Shown piece by piece: positions 30,964 through 41,969 of a stretch of 64,000 nucleotides of DNA (the first letter of the stretch is position 1; each line of letters opens with the position of its first letter). Both the position numbers and the translations under genes were made by a program. Origin of the DNA: an uncultured Acidimicrobiia bacterium (lineage in GTDB: Bacteria > Acidobacteriota > Terriglobia > Versatilivoradales > Versatilivoraceae); the NCBI GenBank assembly GCA_963786955.1, contig CAWBAT010000004.1, forward strand, positions 384,001 through 448,000, read 5' to 3'. The notes under the pieces are model-generated. The model was not told the origin of the DNA, ran no database searches, and was given only the letters and a program-made list of their open reading frames with translations.

Positions 30964-32613
30964 CTATTCAATAAACGTCACTTTGTTAATTTCCCGCATG
31001 GTCGAGATTCCCGCAAAAACTTTTTCCAAAGCAGATTCGCGCAAAAAGGTCATTCCTTCATCATGGGCCACACGCTTAATCTCGGAAGCTGGCCTGCGCT
31101 CAAGAATCATTTCCCGAATTCGATCCGAAAGATCCAGCAACTCGTGAATGGCTGTTCGCCCGCGAAAACCGGTCCCACTACAATCCAGACAGCCTGCCCC
31201 TTCGTAGAAGGTATAGTCAGAATAGACCTTGGGGTCCAAGCCTGATTCCTCCAAAATTTGCTGGGGTATTTTGGTGGGGTGTTTGCAATTCTCACAAATC
31301 ACTCGCACCAGACGCTGTGCCAGGATGCAGTTCAGTGCGGACACGAAGTTGTAAGGCTCCACACCCATGTTCAAAAATCGACCGAGCACATCCACGACAT
31401 TATTGGCATGCACCGTCGTAAAGACCAGGTGCCCTGTAAGTGCCGACTGAATTGCGATTTGCGCCGTTTCCGCATCTCGAATTTCACCCACCATGACCTT
31501 ATCCGGATCATGACGAAGAATGGATCTGAGCCCTCGGGCAAAGGTAAGTCCCTTCTTTTCGTTTACAGGAATCTGGGTGATCCCTTTGAGCTGATATTCA
31601 ACGGGGTCCTCGATCGTAATGATCTTGTGTTCAGAGCTTTTAATTTCCGAGACCGCAGCGTAGAGAGTCGTTGTTTTCCCGCTTCCGGTGGGTCCGGTCA
31701 CCAACACCATCCCGTAGGGTTCATTAATGTAGCGACGAAATTTCTTCAAGTCGGAGTCCGAGAACCCCACCACATCCAAACTGAGTTGACTAAATTTTTC
31801 ACTCATGGCTTCCTTATCCAGGACTCGGAGAACGGCGTCCTCCCCATGAATGGAAGGCATGATGGAAACACGAAAGTCGATCAGTCGCCCTTTATAACGT
31901 ACCCGGAAACGGCCGTCTTGAGGCACGCGGCGTTCGGAGATATCGAGTTCTGACATAACCTTAATCCGCGAGATGATCGTCGAGTGATGCTCCTTGGCAA
32001 TGGGCTGCATCGCCTGGAGGAGGACGCCATCGACCCGGTATTTGATCATCACATCATTGTCTTCTGTCTCTATATGAATGTCACTGGCACGTCGCTCCAG
32101 GGCATTAAAAATCGTCGAATCCACCAGCCGGATGATGGGGCTTTCACTTTCGCTTGTGAGCCTTTCAATCGAGATGGTTTCATCCCCGCTCTCATCCTCC
32201 TTGATGAGATCCAGTGTAAATCCTTCCGTGGCCTCCTCGAGGACCCGCTGCGATGATTCACTCTTCTTGAGAATGTCACTGATTTGCGACCCCGTAGCCA
32301 CCCGGACGACGATCTTCTTCCCCAACAATTCCCCTAGCTCGTCGGTCAGTAACAGCTCGCTGGGATCGGCAATCGCGATCAGAAGAGACCCGTTGAGGCT
32401 TTTCAACGGAACAAAGTTGTAGCGGAACATGAGCTCTGCCGGAATCGTCCGAAACAGCTCGGGATCGATTGCTGAATTCTTAAGATCAACATATTCACAC
32501 CGATATCGCTCCGAGAGTCGCTTTGCTGCTCTTTCTTCTTCCTCGGGATTAATTTTCTGGTCCGGCTTAGTCTGAAGTCGGACGTCCGTATTAGTGTTGA
32601 TTTTCTGGTTCAT
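30964..32613 (-). CDS. GspE/PilB assembly ATPase
   Basis: ASDIH, GPTGSGKTT, LRHDPD, VGEIRD motifs and CxxC pairs. Confidence 0.95.
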   Translation of the reverse strand: MNQKINTNTDVRLQTKPDQKINPEEEERAAKRLSERYRCEYVDLKNSAIDPELFRTIPAELMFRYNFVPLKSLNGSLLIAIADPSELLLTDELGELLGKKIVVRVATGSQISDILKKSESSQRVLEEATEGFTLDLIKEDESGDETISIERLTSESESPIIRLVDSTIFNALERRASDIHIETEDNDVMIKYRVDGVLLQAMQPIAKEHHSTIISRIKVMSELDISERRVPQDGRFRVRYKGRLIDFRVSIMPSIHGEDAVLRVLDKEAMSEKFSQLSLDVVGFSDSDLKKFRRYINEPYGMVLVTGPTGSGKTTTLYAAVSEIKSSEHKIITIEDPVEYQLKGITQIPVNEKKGLTFARGLRSILRHDPDKVMVGEIRDAETAQIAIQSALTGHLVFTTVHANNVVDVLGRFLNMGVEPYNFVSALNCILAQRLVRVICENCKHPTKIPQQILEESGLDPKVYSDYTFYEGAGCLDCSGTGFRGRTAIHELLDLSDRIREMILERRPASEIKRVAHDEGMTFLRESALEKVFAGISTMREINKVTFIE

Positions 32614-32622
32614 GCACGGTTC

Positions 32623-33837
32623 TCACGTCTGGATCATACTACTCAGATTGAAAATGGGTAAATAAAGCGCAATCAATACAAATGCGACAATCGTGGCTAA
32701 GATCACCAAGAGAACAGGCTCGATATAGGTAAATATCTGGCTCAACCGGGCATTCACTTCCTCATCGTAAAAGTCTGCCACATGCCGGAGCATTTCGCTC
32801 AAGGACCCGGTCGATTCGCCGACTTGCACCATCTCGATGGCCAATTCGGGGACTATTGGACTCGCTTCAAAACTTTTTGAGAGCGATTGACCTTCGCGTA
32901 CCGAGACTATGGCAGCGCGCATGGCATTCGTAACCAAGCGGTTTCCCGTGGAGTCTGCGACGATTTCTAAGGCATTCACCAAAGGAATTCCCCCGGACAG
33001 TAGGGTTGAGAGGGTTCGGCTCAGTTGCGAAAAAGCAAACTTGTTCCATACGTCACCGATCAAGGGCAAGTTCAATTTCAAGGTATCCAATGTCATCCCA
33101 CCTTTTGGACTTCGACTCCAGATCCGGGTGCCAATGATCAAGGCCGCTATAACCAGGATTCCCGTCAGCAATTGGGAACGAATGGCGCGAGACACGGCGA
33201 TCAATATGATTGTCGTATCCGGCAGTTTGGCGCCCAGTCCCTCATAAAATAAAGCAAATTGAGGAACAACAACTGAGAGTAGATAGGTAACCAGGACGAC
33301 CAACAGGACAGCCAAAATCAAAGGGTAAGTCACGGCAGACTTGATTTTCGATTTCGTCGTGTCAATGGTCCTCTGGTACTCAATGTAGCGTCGGATCACT
33401 TCTTCAAGGTTGCCGCTTTTCTCCCCGGCATACAAGGAAGCGGTATAGACTTTAGGGAATACCCCCTGCGCCTCGAAGGCCTCCGAAAGGAGAGCACCCG
33501 ATTTGACGCGCGCGGCGATATCAGTCAGAAGGAACTGGAAACGCGGGTTTTTGACACGCTGAGTAAGTAGATCCAAAGACTTGAGAATAGGGAGGCCGGC
33601 ATGGACAAGAGCGAGAAATTGCTGGTTATAGATTATGAAATCTGTATTCTTGATCTTTTTTGGACGAGGTTGAAAGCCAAGCCCCAGAGTAAGCATTCCG
33701 CCTTTCTCCGCGATGGAGTAGACGTAATATCCTTGCTCATTCAAACGGTGGCGGAGGTCCGCTTCAGAAGGAGAGTTAAAGGTCCCTGTCAGTATCTCCC
33801 CATTGTTACTTGCATAGCGGCAGTGAAATTCGGCCAT
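32623..33837 (-). CDS. Type II secretion system F / PilC platform protein
   Basis: AGEKSGNL, VGESTGSL, IEP and LYLPIF motifs. Confidence 0.93.
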   Translation of the reverse strand: MAEFHCRYASNNGEILTGTFNSPSEADLRHRLNEQGYYVYSIAEKGGMLTLGLGFQPRPKKIKNTDFIIYNQQFLALVHAGLPILKSLDLLTQRVKNPRFQFLLTDIAARVKSGALLSEAFEAQGVFPKVYTASLYAGEKSGNLEEVIRRYIEYQRTIDTTKSKIKSAVTYPLILAVLLVVLVTYLLSVVVPQFALFYEGLGAKLPDTTIILIAVSRAIRSQLLTGILVIAALIIGTRIWSRSPKGGMTLDTLKLNLPLIGDVWNKFAFSQLSRTLSTLLSGGIPLVNALEIVADSTGNRLVTNAMRAAIVSVREGQSLSKSFEASPIVPELAIEMVQVGESTGSLSEMLRHVADFYDEEVNARLSQIFTYIEPVLLVILATIVAFVLIALYLPIFNLSSMIQT

Positions 33838-33963
33838 AATATTCGTAATGATAGGCTCTTTTGAAGAAGCTAGGGCATTCGGACCGGATAGCCAGTCGTA
33901 TTAAAGGAGTAATGCCGGAAGTAAACCACTGAACTTACTCCCTTTCTTCTAACTTATCGGCTA

Positions 33964-34680
33964 TTATCCTCCCGAATTCATTCCAGAATGCTTTTCATTA
34001 TCCAGGACTTCGACATTTGCCGGAATCTTAAAATTAAACAAACTTGTTTTTGTACCAATATTCTCCCGAATGTTACTGAAGACGAATTCGCTCGATGCTC
34101 CGTCAATCTCGAAGACTGTAACCCGCTGTAGTTGATAATGATAGGGGTCAAATTCCATAAGGATTTTGGAAAATTCGTCGATACCTTGCTTAGGGTAGGC
34201 ATAAATCATTTTGTTTCCAGGAAAAACGGGTTCTGTGTCGGAGACCCATTCAATTTTGGAAAAATCTCTTTTTAAGTTGCCTTTGCCCAGCAGGAAGAGG
34301 AAAGGAATGCGCTGGTCGCTACTTTCGCGAACCTTGGTTTTTTGAACCTGGCGCTCTCCCGGAAGGTAGAAGTAGATCATCTTCCCATCCGAAACAAACA
34401 ATTTTTCAGTGGGAGTCTTGTATTCCCACCGCATCATCCCGGGTCGCTTCAAGAAAAGGATTCCGGCTTCCGTTTTTGGAGCACGCCTCGGATTCTTGTA
34501 ATGTTGAAAGAACTCCATCTGGAGGTCTTGGATAGCTGAGTATCTCTTCTGCAGTCCTTGGATGGAAGATTCTAAGTCTGAAACAGTTACTCCTCCCGGG
34601 ATCCAGACAGAGGAAAGCAGGAAGAGCAAGAGAATACATCGATTAAACCAGTGACCTGCCGAGAGAAGATTTAGTTTCAT
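33964..34680 (-). CDS. lolA: Outer-membrane lipoprotein carrier LolA
   Basis: KRPGMMRWEY, VSDGK and FNFKIPANVEV motifs. Confidence 0.88.
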   Translation of the reverse strand: MKLNLLSAGHWFNRCILLLFLLSSVWIPGGVTVSDLESSIQGLQKRYSAIQDLQMEFFQHYKNPRRAPKTEAGILFLKRPGMMRWEYKTPTEKLFVSDGKMIYFYLPGERQVQKTKVRESSDQRIPFLFLLGKGNLKRDFSKIEWVSDTEPVFPGNKMIYAYPKQGIDEFSKILMEFDPYHYQLQRVTVFEIDGASSEFVFSNIRENIGTKTSLFNFKIPANVEVLDNEKHSGMNSGG

Positions 34681-34801
34681 ATCTCTTCGCAGAAAGAAGT
34701 CCAGGGAAACATAGGCACAGGAAGCGCCATCAACCCATTTAACTATATCATAACCCCTTCATGGAACATTTCCGGCGCAAATCGACACAGAGGACAAGCC
34801 A

Positions 34802-36958
34802 ATGAAACAGGTCTTTATTAAGCGAGGCCAAGTCCTGGTGGAGGAGGTTCCAGCACCCATCTGTGATGACAATAGCCTGTTGATCGAGGTCGCCTATTCT
34901 TTGATCAGTTCAGGAACCGAAGCAGCCGGCATCACTCAATCTCAGCAGTCCCTCTTGGAACGGGCTCTGAAACAGCCTGAATTAGTAGAAAGAGTTGTGC
35001 ATAAGATCGCCCAGGAAGGACTTACCCGATCCTGGCAGTCCATTCGGGGTCAATTGGATTCCGGAATGCCCACCGGCTATTCCTGTTCAGGGACTGTCAT
35101 TCGAGTGGGGAGAAGCCTGAACGGTTTCCGCCCGGGAATGCAGGTGGCCTGTGCCGGGGCGGGAAAGGCGAGTCATGCCGAGATTGTATCGGTACCCGGC
35201 AATCTTTCCGTGCGTGTCCCGGAAGGCTGCGAATTGAAAGATGCCGCATCCGTCGCGTTGGGCTCAATTGCGCTTCAGGGGGTGAGGCGAACCAACCCCA
35301 ATCTGGGCGAGTCCATTGCTGTTATTGGCCTGGGTCTCGTGGGACAACTCACGGCACAATTGCTCACACTCTCCGGAGGACGGGTCATTGGTTTTGATCC
35401 GATGAGCTCGAGAGTCGCCGTCGCGAAGGCATTGGGAATCTATGTTGGATTTGACAGTGCCGAAAACCCTGTCGACCAGGTCATGCAGTTAACCGAGGGC
35501 GTGGGAGTTGATGCCACTGTGATCACCGCCGCTAGTCCCGACAGTGAAATTGTGCAGCAGGCGATGCAAATCACGCGAAAGAAGGGACGCGTTGTTGTCG
35601 TAGGGGACGTGGGTCTCTCCCTTAGACGGTCCCCTTTATATGAGAAAGAGATCGATTTCCTGATTTCGTGTTCTTACGGGCCTGGCCGTTATGATGCCGA
35701 CTTTGAGGAACGCGGCGCCGACTATCCATTGGCGTATGTGCGCTGGACGGAAACCCGAAATATGCAGGAATACCTCCGCCTATTGGCCGAGAAGCGCTTA
35801 GATTTCGCAAAATTAATTGACCGGGAATTCCCGGTCAATGAAGCAGAGAAAGCCTTCCAATCGCTCCAGAGAGACACTCCCCGCCCTCTCGCCGTCATCC
35901 TTACTTACCGCAAGGCGGATGAAACGACGCTGACTAAGAAACTTCAGTCGAGCGTAACGGTATTGCCGCAAGAAACAAAAGGAGGAAAGATCAAATTAGC
36001 GGTGATTGGAGCGGGTGCATTCGCGAAAGGGACTCACCTGCCAAATCTCCGTGCCCTCTCTCAATTCTATGATTTGGAGACCATCGTTTGTCGGAGCGGA
36101 GCCAACGCCAGAAACGCAGCTCAACACTTTGGCGCTCACAACGCCTCAACGGATTTTGAAAAAGTTCTCGAGGATCCGGCAGTTGAAGCCGTCTTGATCT
36201 GCACGAGACATGACACTCACGCAAGCCAGACTTTGCAAGCTCTGCAGGCCGGGAAGCATGTTCTGGTTGAGAAGCCCTTGGCCCTCAATCGTGATGAATT
36301 AGAGAAGATCGAGCATTTCTTCGAAGCGACGAATGGAGAGAAGAAATTTCCCGTGCTGCTCACTGGTTTTAACCGCCGGTTTTCTCCATTTGCGCGCAAG
36401 ATTGCCGATTGGCTAAAAGAACGCCGTAGTCCCATGATTTTGAATTATCGGATCAACGCCGGTTATCTCCCCTTGAATCACTGGGTTCACACTGAAGAGG
36501 GAGGTGGCCGCAATCGGGGGGAAGCCTGCCACATCTATGACCTATTTACCTTTCTGACCGGGCAACCGGTAACTCGAGTTCAAGCTCAACCCATTACTCC
36601 CGGTTCGACCCAATATGGACTCTTTGATAACTTCGTTGCCACGATGAGCTTTGCAGATGGATCGGTGGCTACTCTCACGTACACCGCGATGGGGGCGAAG
36701 GAGTATCCGAAGGAGCTTCTGGAGATCTATTGCGAAGGGAAAGTCATCCTAATGGAAGACTTCAAGAAACTTTCCTTGAAGGGTACCCGTTCGAGCCAGG
36801 AAGCATTGAGAATACAGAATAAAGGCCACCGAGAAGAGCTCCTTGCGTTTGCCACTGCCATCCGTCGGGGCGGAGAGCTTGCCGCTCCCTTCTGGCAGCA
36901 AGTGCAGGCAACCCGAATTGCCATCGAAGTTGAAGAACTTATTGCAGGGTCCCTCTAA
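34802..36958 (+). CDS. Bi-domain oxidoreductase (Zn-ADH-like + Gfo/Idh/MocA)
   Basis: ISSGTE, SCSYGPGRYD, VEKPLAL, GFNRRF and GEACH motifs. Confidence 0.93.
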   Translation: MKQVFIKRGQVLVEEVPAPICDDNSLLIEVAYSLISSGTEAAGITQSQQSLLERALKQPELVERVVHKIAQEGLTRSWQSIRGQLDSGMPTGYSCSGTVIRVGRSLNGFRPGMQVACAGAGKASHAEIVSVPGNLSVRVPEGCELKDAASVALGSIALQGVRRTNPNLGESIAVIGLGLVGQLTAQLLTLSGGRVIGFDPMSSRVAVAKALGIYVGFDSAENPVDQVMQLTEGVGVDATVITAASPDSEIVQQAMQITRKKGRVVVVGDVGLSLRRSPLYEKEIDFLISCSYGPGRYDADFEERGADYPLAYVRWTETRNMQEYLRLLAEKRLDFAKLIDREFPVNEAEKAFQSLQRDTPRPLAVILTYRKADETTLTKKLQSSVTVLPQETKGGKIKLAVIGAGAFAKGTHLPNLRALSQFYDLETIVCRSGANARNAAQHFGAHNASTDFEKVLEDPAVEAVLICTRHDTHASQTLQALQAGKHVLVEKPLALNRDELEKIEHFFEATNGEKKFPVLLTGFNRRFSPFARKIADWLKERRSPMILNYRINAGYLPLNHWVHTEEGGGRNRGEACHIYDLFTFLTGQPVTRVQAQPITPGSTQYGLFDNFVATMSFADGSVATLTYTAMGAKEYPKELLEIYCEGKVILMEDFKKLSLKGTRSSQEALRIQNKGHREELLAFATAIRRGGELAAPFWQQVQATRIAIEVEELIAGSL

Positions 36959-38857
36959 ATGTGTGGAATTGTCGGCACTCTTGTCTTCAAACAAAGTGAC
37001 TTCCGGATTGAGGAGCCCTACCTCGTCCGCATGCGCGATGCTATGCAATTGCGCGGACCGGATGGCAAGGGCGCCTGGATATCGGCCGATCGCAAGATCG
37101 GTCTGGGGCACCGCCGGCTGTCCATCATCGATCTCTCGGAGTTGGCTGCTCAGCCGATGTCAAACGAAGAGGGGAACCTCTGGGTTTCCTTCAACGGAGA
37201 AATTTACAATCACGCCGAAATCCGTGCCGAATTGGAAAAGATTGGCGGTCACCGCTGGAAAACCGACCACTCCGATACGGAAGTCATCCTTCACGCCTTT
37301 GAAGAATGGGGGATTGACTGCATTCAACGCTTTCGGGGCATGTTTGCGATCGCTCTATGGGACGCCAATCGGCAGGAGCTGTGGCTGATTCGAGACCGCA
37401 TCGGGATCAAACCTCTCTATTACAGCCTGCATCATCAACGGCTCACCTTTGCCTCTGAAATCAAGGCGTTGCTTCAGGATCCTGAACAGCCACGGGCTGT
37501 GAGTGAAGAAGCGTTTTACCATTATCTTTCTTTCCTCACCACTCCTGCTCCCCAGACACTGTTTGAGGGGATACGAAAGCTTCCCTGCGGCACATGGCTC
37601 AAAGCAGATCGAGAGGGACGAATTTCTGAACACTGTTATTGGGATGTTTGGGACCATGCTCAACCTCTCAGTACTCGGAATGACGACGAGCTAGCCGAAT
37701 TAATTCTCTCCGAACTGCGAACCGCTGTGAGGATCCACAAAGTGAGTGATGTCCCGGTGGGAGTGTTTCTTTCGGGTGGAATTGATTCCAGCACGAATGC
37801 GGCTTTATTCTCGGAAAATGGAAATGGTCAGGTAAAAACATTCAGTATCGGCTACCAAGGCAAATACCAAAGTTATCAGAACGAATTACACTATGCCCGA
37901 GTCATCGCTGAAAAGGTCCATGCCGAACATCACGAGCGTCTGCTCAATGTGAACGACTTGATTGAATTCCTCCCTGAAATGATCCGACTCCAAGACGAGC
38001 CCATTGCGGACCCCGTGTGCGTCCCTGTCTATTACGTTTCAAAGCTGGCCCGGGATCATGGAGTCAGCGTCTGTCAAGTGGGTGAAGGGGCTGATGAATT
38101 ATTCTGGGGCTATCCGGGTTGGAAGGAGTCATTGCGCTTGCAACAGTATAACGATTGGCCAGTCCCATCCGCACTCAAACGGACCGCATTGGCAATCCTT
38201 CGCTCGTCCGGCAAAGATGAAGGTTTCGCTTATGAGTGGCTTCGGCGCGGGGCAGCAGAACTGCCCATCTTCTGGGGCGGGGCCGAAGCATTCACAGAAA
38301 CCGGAAAGAAGAGGGTGCTTTCTCCGCGGTTGCGAGCAAAGTTTTCAAACTTTTCTTCCTGGGAGGCGATTCGCCCCATCTACAAACAATTTAAGGAAAA
38401 CGCCTGGGAAAAATCTCACCTGAACTGGATGAGCTATCTGGATTTAAAACTCCGGTTGCCTGAACTGCTCTTGATGCGTGTTGATAAGATGAGCATGGGC
38501 GTGAGCCTCGAGGGGCGCGTTCCTTTCCTGGATCACCAGTTTGTTGAAATGGCTTTGGGCATTCCTGAAAAAGCAAAAACTCAGCATGGGACATTGAAAT
38601 ACCTCCTCAAGAAAGCGGTGCGGGGAATCATTCCCGATGAGTTGATCGATCGCAAGAAACAAGGCTTCGGTGTCCCCATTTACGAATGGTTCTTTGGAGA
38701 ATTGGGGCAGCGGGCCAGGCAAGAGCTGAATGAGTGTTGCGAAAACAGCGACTTTCTCGACAAAACAGAGGTGAATCGTCTGCTCGATCAGGGGCAACAC
38801 TCCCAGGCATGGTACCTATTAAATTTTGCCCTGTGGTGGAAGGAATACCTGGCTTGA
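36959..38857 (+). CDS. asnB: Asparagine synthase (glutamine-hydrolysing)-like amidotransferase
   Basis: MCGI N-terminus; GHRRLSIID, NGEIYN, SGGIDS and GEGADE motifs. Confidence 0.93.
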   Translation: MCGIVGTLVFKQSDFRIEEPYLVRMRDAMQLRGPDGKGAWISADRKIGLGHRRLSIIDLSELAAQPMSNEEGNLWVSFNGEIYNHAEIRAELEKIGGHRWKTDHSDTEVILHAFEEWGIDCIQRFRGMFAIALWDANRQELWLIRDRIGIKPLYYSLHHQRLTFASEIKALLQDPEQPRAVSEEAFYHYLSFLTTPAPQTLFEGIRKLPCGTWLKADREGRISEHCYWDVWDHAQPLSTRNDDELAELILSELRTAVRIHKVSDVPVGVFLSGGIDSSTNAALFSENGNGQVKTFSIGYQGKYQSYQNELHYARVIAEKVHAEHHERLLNVNDLIEFLPEMIRLQDEPIADPVCVPVYYVSKLARDHGVSVCQVGEGADELFWGYPGWKESLRLQQYNDWPVPSALKRTALAILRSSGKDEGFAYEWLRRGAAELPIFWGGAEAFTETGKKRVLSPRLRAKFSNFSSWEAIRPIYKQFKENAWEKSHLNWMSYLDLKLRLPELLLMRVDKMSMGVSLEGRVPFLDHQFVEMALGIPEKAKTQHGTLKYLLKKAVRGIIPDELIDRKKQGFGVPIYEWFFGELGQRARQELNECCENSDFLDKTEVNRLLDQGQHSQAWYLLNFALWWKEYLA

Positions 38858-40158
38858 TGGCAAGAACAGAAACCCTGACAAGGTTGTCTCTGGTTTGGCT
38901 GCAAGAATTCATGTTCCCCTTCTTTAAGAAGGCCGCGAACTCCGACTTTTCCCAAAAAGTCATTGAGACCTTTGTCACCCGAATCCTATTGATCGGGATT
39001 GGTTTGGTCACCTCTGTCATCGTGGCTAGAATTCTCGGCCCGGAAGGCCGAGGGCTCTATGCTGTCGCACTCGCCGTGGGCGCGATTGGGATGCAGTTTG
39101 GGAATTTGGGTCTCCACGCTTCCAATACTTACTTTGTCTCTCGCGATCGTGGTTTGCTCCCTTTTCTGGTGAGTAACACTCTGCTGGTCAGCTTTGCTTG
39201 GGGAGGAACGGGGGCTCTGCTTGCCGGGTTAGCATTCTCTTTCTGGCCTCGTTTTGCGCCATTGCAAGGGAATCTCCTCACACTCGCCCTGATCTCCATC
39301 CCACTTGGCCTTGCTTACCTCTTATTTCAAAACCTCTTGATCGGGATTCAAGAAGTGCGTGTTTTCAATATGATCGAGTTGTTGAGCAAGATTCTCAGTG
39401 TTGCCTTAATCACTGCAGTCATCCTTTTTCAATGGGTCACGGTGGAGTCTATCTTTTGTTCTCAGTTGATCGCTCTGTTGGCCGCATTCCTTTGGTGCCT
39501 CGTGCATCTGGGGAAGAAATTGTCCGCCTGGTGCTGGCCCTCCATAGAGTTGCTAAGAAGCCACTTGGGGTATGGGTTTCGGTCATTTCTGGCATCCTTT
39601 GGGGCATATTTGGTCTTGAGACTGGATCTGCTCCTGGTGCAGTACATTCTGGGTGCGAAACAAGCGGGATATTATTCCATCGCCGGAACAATGGCAGACA
39701 TGGTTTATCTATTGCCTACCGTCACGGGAACCATACTTTTCCCCAAGCTCTCTGCCATGACCAATAATCGAGAGAAGTGGGCGTATGTCAAGAAAATCAC
39801 TGCCCTAATGGGCGCTGTCATGTTGGTCATCTGCAGCCTGGGAGCCCTATTTGTGAAGCCGCTGGTAATGATCTTATTCGGGAGACCTTTTTTGCCCGCC
39901 GTTCCTGCCTTTATCTGGTTGATGCCTGGGATTGTCTTCTGGGCGATTTCCACCTTTCCGTTACTCTATCTTCAAAGCTCAGGAATGCCCCGCCAAGTGA
40001 TTTACATTTGGGGGGTATTGATATCGACGAATGTTACCTTGAACGTCTTGTTCTTGGAGACATGGGGGATCGTGGGCGCAGCTATTATCTCATCGGCAAC
40101 CTACTTAATGAGCTTTCTCGCGTTTGGCGCCTATGCGCAAAAACAGAGCCATGGATAA
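38857..40158 (+). CDS. Wzx-type polysaccharide flippase
   Basis: About 12 TM helices; ARILGPEGRG; GIVGAA; TGATG coupling to asnB. Confidence 0.88.
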   Translation: MARTETLTRLSLVWLQEFMFPFFKKAANSDFSQKVIETFVTRILLIGIGLVTSVIVARILGPEGRGLYAVALAVGAIGMQFGNLGLHASNTYFVSRDRGLLPFLVSNTLLVSFAWGGTGALLAGLAFSFWPRFAPLQGNLLTLALISIPLGLAYLLFQNLLIGIQEVRVFNMIELLSKILSVALITAVILFQWVTVESIFCSQLIALLAAFLWCLVHLGKKLSAWCWPSIELLRSHLGYGFRSFLASFGAYLVLRLDLLLVQYILGAKQAGYYSIAGTMADMVYLLPTVTGTILFPKLSAMTNNREKWAYVKKITALMGAVMLVICSLGALFVKPLVMILFGRPFLPAVPAFIWLMPGIVFWAISTFPLLYLQSSGMPRQVIYIWGVLISTNVTLNVLFLETWGIVGAAIISSATYLMSFLAFGAYAQKQSHG

Positions 40159-40864
40159 AGAACTGGAAAGAATCAAGAGATCTTGGGATCTGTCCGCCGC
40201 TACCGACAATCGAATGAAGGCGGTGCACTACACGATTAACGGAGAACCGCTTCCCGAATCGATCTACGACGACATCTATGAATACATCCATCTGCAATTG
40301 GGATTCGAATCACAGGATCTCGTCCTGGATATCGGAGCCGGATCGGGCCTGCTACTGGAACGGATTGCCCGAAATGTGAAAGTGGCTATTGGCACGGACA
40401 TTTCAAGGAATATGCTTAAGTTGGCTCCCCGCAAAGAAAACCTCTTTGTCCAGCAAATGGATGCCTCAGCCCTCGCCTTTGGAGGCGAAACTTTTGACAA
40501 GGTCATTTGCAATAGCGTGATCCAATACCTGCCCAATTTGGACTATTTCGAACAGTACTTTGCTGAAATGATCCGCGTCTGCAAGCAGGGTGGCGTCATT
40601 TTTATCGGTGATCTTTTTAATGCTTATCTAAAAGATCTCTGGACCGGCTATCAATACCCCTTGAGCTGGAGGTCGCGTTTGACGAGCTTGTTGAACCAGC
40701 TAAGGGGCCAGCAAGACACAGAGTATCTTTTTATCGACCCGCGTCAGCTCATGCAGTGGTCTCGACAGTTCGGATGTCGGAATTTCAAGGCACTTTTGCA
40801 GCTAAGTCCCCAGAAGCCGATACTCCACAAAATGTTCCGATATGATGCCGTTATCACTAAGTAA
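40151..40864 (+). CDS. Class I SAM-dependent methyltransferase
   Basis: VLDIGAGSG, FDKVICNSVIQY and GGVIFIGD motifs. Confidence 0.9.
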   Translation: MDKELERIKRSWDLSAATDNRMKAVHYTINGEPLPESIYDDIYEYIHLQLGFESQDLVLDIGAGSGLLLERIARNVKVAIGTDISRNMLKLAPRKENLFVQQMDASALAFGGETFDKVICNSVIQYLPNLDYFEQYFAEMIRVCKQGGVIFIGDLFNAYLKDLWTGYQYPLSWRSRLTSLLNQLRGQQDTEYLFIDPRQLMQWSRQFGCRNFKALLQLSPQKPILHKMFRYDAVITK

Positions 40865-41969
40865 AGACCTGACCGGTGATTTTGCCTTCTATACCACCTT
40901 TGCACGGACGGCACTTTATGGCGCACTGCGAGCTTGTTTTAGCCCAGCAAGAGATTATGAAGTCATGCTACCGGCTTTTACCTGCACCGCGGTCATCGAT
41001 GCCATTGTTCAGGCTGGCGCTAAACCGATATTCGTTGATGTTATGTCCGACACGCTGAACATGAATTTGCAGGAGCTAGAGACGAAACTCACCCCGAAAA
41101 CGAGAGCCGTCATCAGCCACCATTATTATGGCGGCTTGTCCACAAACCTCGACCAACTCAATCGAATTTGTTCGCAGCGGGGGATTGTCCATATCGAGGA
41201 TTGTGCTCACTCACTCGGAGCGCGCTGGGGCAATAAAATAGCGGGTTCCTGGGGCCAATTATCCGTGTACTCCTTCTCCAAGACTATGATGAACCCGGGC
41301 GGAGGATGTATTACGACAAATGACCCGAAGATCTTTGAAACGCTTCAAGATCTTTTTCGCGAGAAAGAATTCAAGGCCGAAGTTTTCAAGAATCAGCAAG
41401 CCTTTAAACACATGGGGGATCGGTACCGTGAGATCACCGGTCAGAACCACTCCACGTCATGGCTGGTGCTGGTTTCCAGGCTTCCCCTCTCTCTGCTGCG
41501 CCGGGTTTCACATTTTGAGGTCGAAAAGGTTAACGGTCGTTTCTATCAGATCGACGAGCTCAGCGGTGGCTATTACCCAATCGAAATGGATATCTCGATG
41601 ACAAAGCTGCAATGGAAATACATTCAGCGGACACTCGAGCGAATGGACGATCTGATCCGGAGGAGAAAGGAATTGTACGCCAAATTGACGGCACGGATTC
41701 CGGCCACCTTCTTCGACAAAGAGATGGACCCCACAGGGAATTATTTCCCGCTGCAAGTGAAAGACAAAGGGTCCGTGATTCAGGCGGGCAGGCAAAGAGG
41801 GATCCGATTGCTTGAAACATGGCCCGCTTTTCAAAACTCTTGGCAAGGACAGAAAACAAATAACGTTTCCTACATGGCCAATAAGATCGTTCTCATCCAT
41901 CTGGATGAATTCCTCAATCCCAAGGAGTATGACAAGCTTGCAAGATTTGTCGAAGAATATCGAAATTAG
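40842..41969 (+). CDS. DegT/DnrJ/EryC1/StrS-family aminotransferase
   Basis: PAFTC, IEDCAHSLG and YSFSK motifs. Confidence 0.85.
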   Translation: MMPLSLSKDLTGDFAFYTTFARTALYGALRACFSPARDYEVMLPAFTCTAVIDAIVQAGAKPIFVDVMSDTLNMNLQELETKLTPKTRAVISHHYYGGLSTNLDQLNRICSQRGIVHIEDCAHSLGARWGNKIAGSWGQLSVYSFSKTMMNPGGGCITTNDPKIFETLQDLFREKEFKAEVFKNQQAFKHMGDRYREITGQNHSTSWLVLVSRLPLSLLRRVSHFEVEKVNGRFYQIDELSGGYYPIEMDISMTKLQWKYIQRTLERMDDLIRRRKELYAKLTARIPATFFDKEMDPTGNYFPLQVKDKGSVIQAGRQRGIRLLETWPAFQNSWQGQKTNNVSYMANKIVLIHLDEFLNPKEYDKLARFVEEYRN

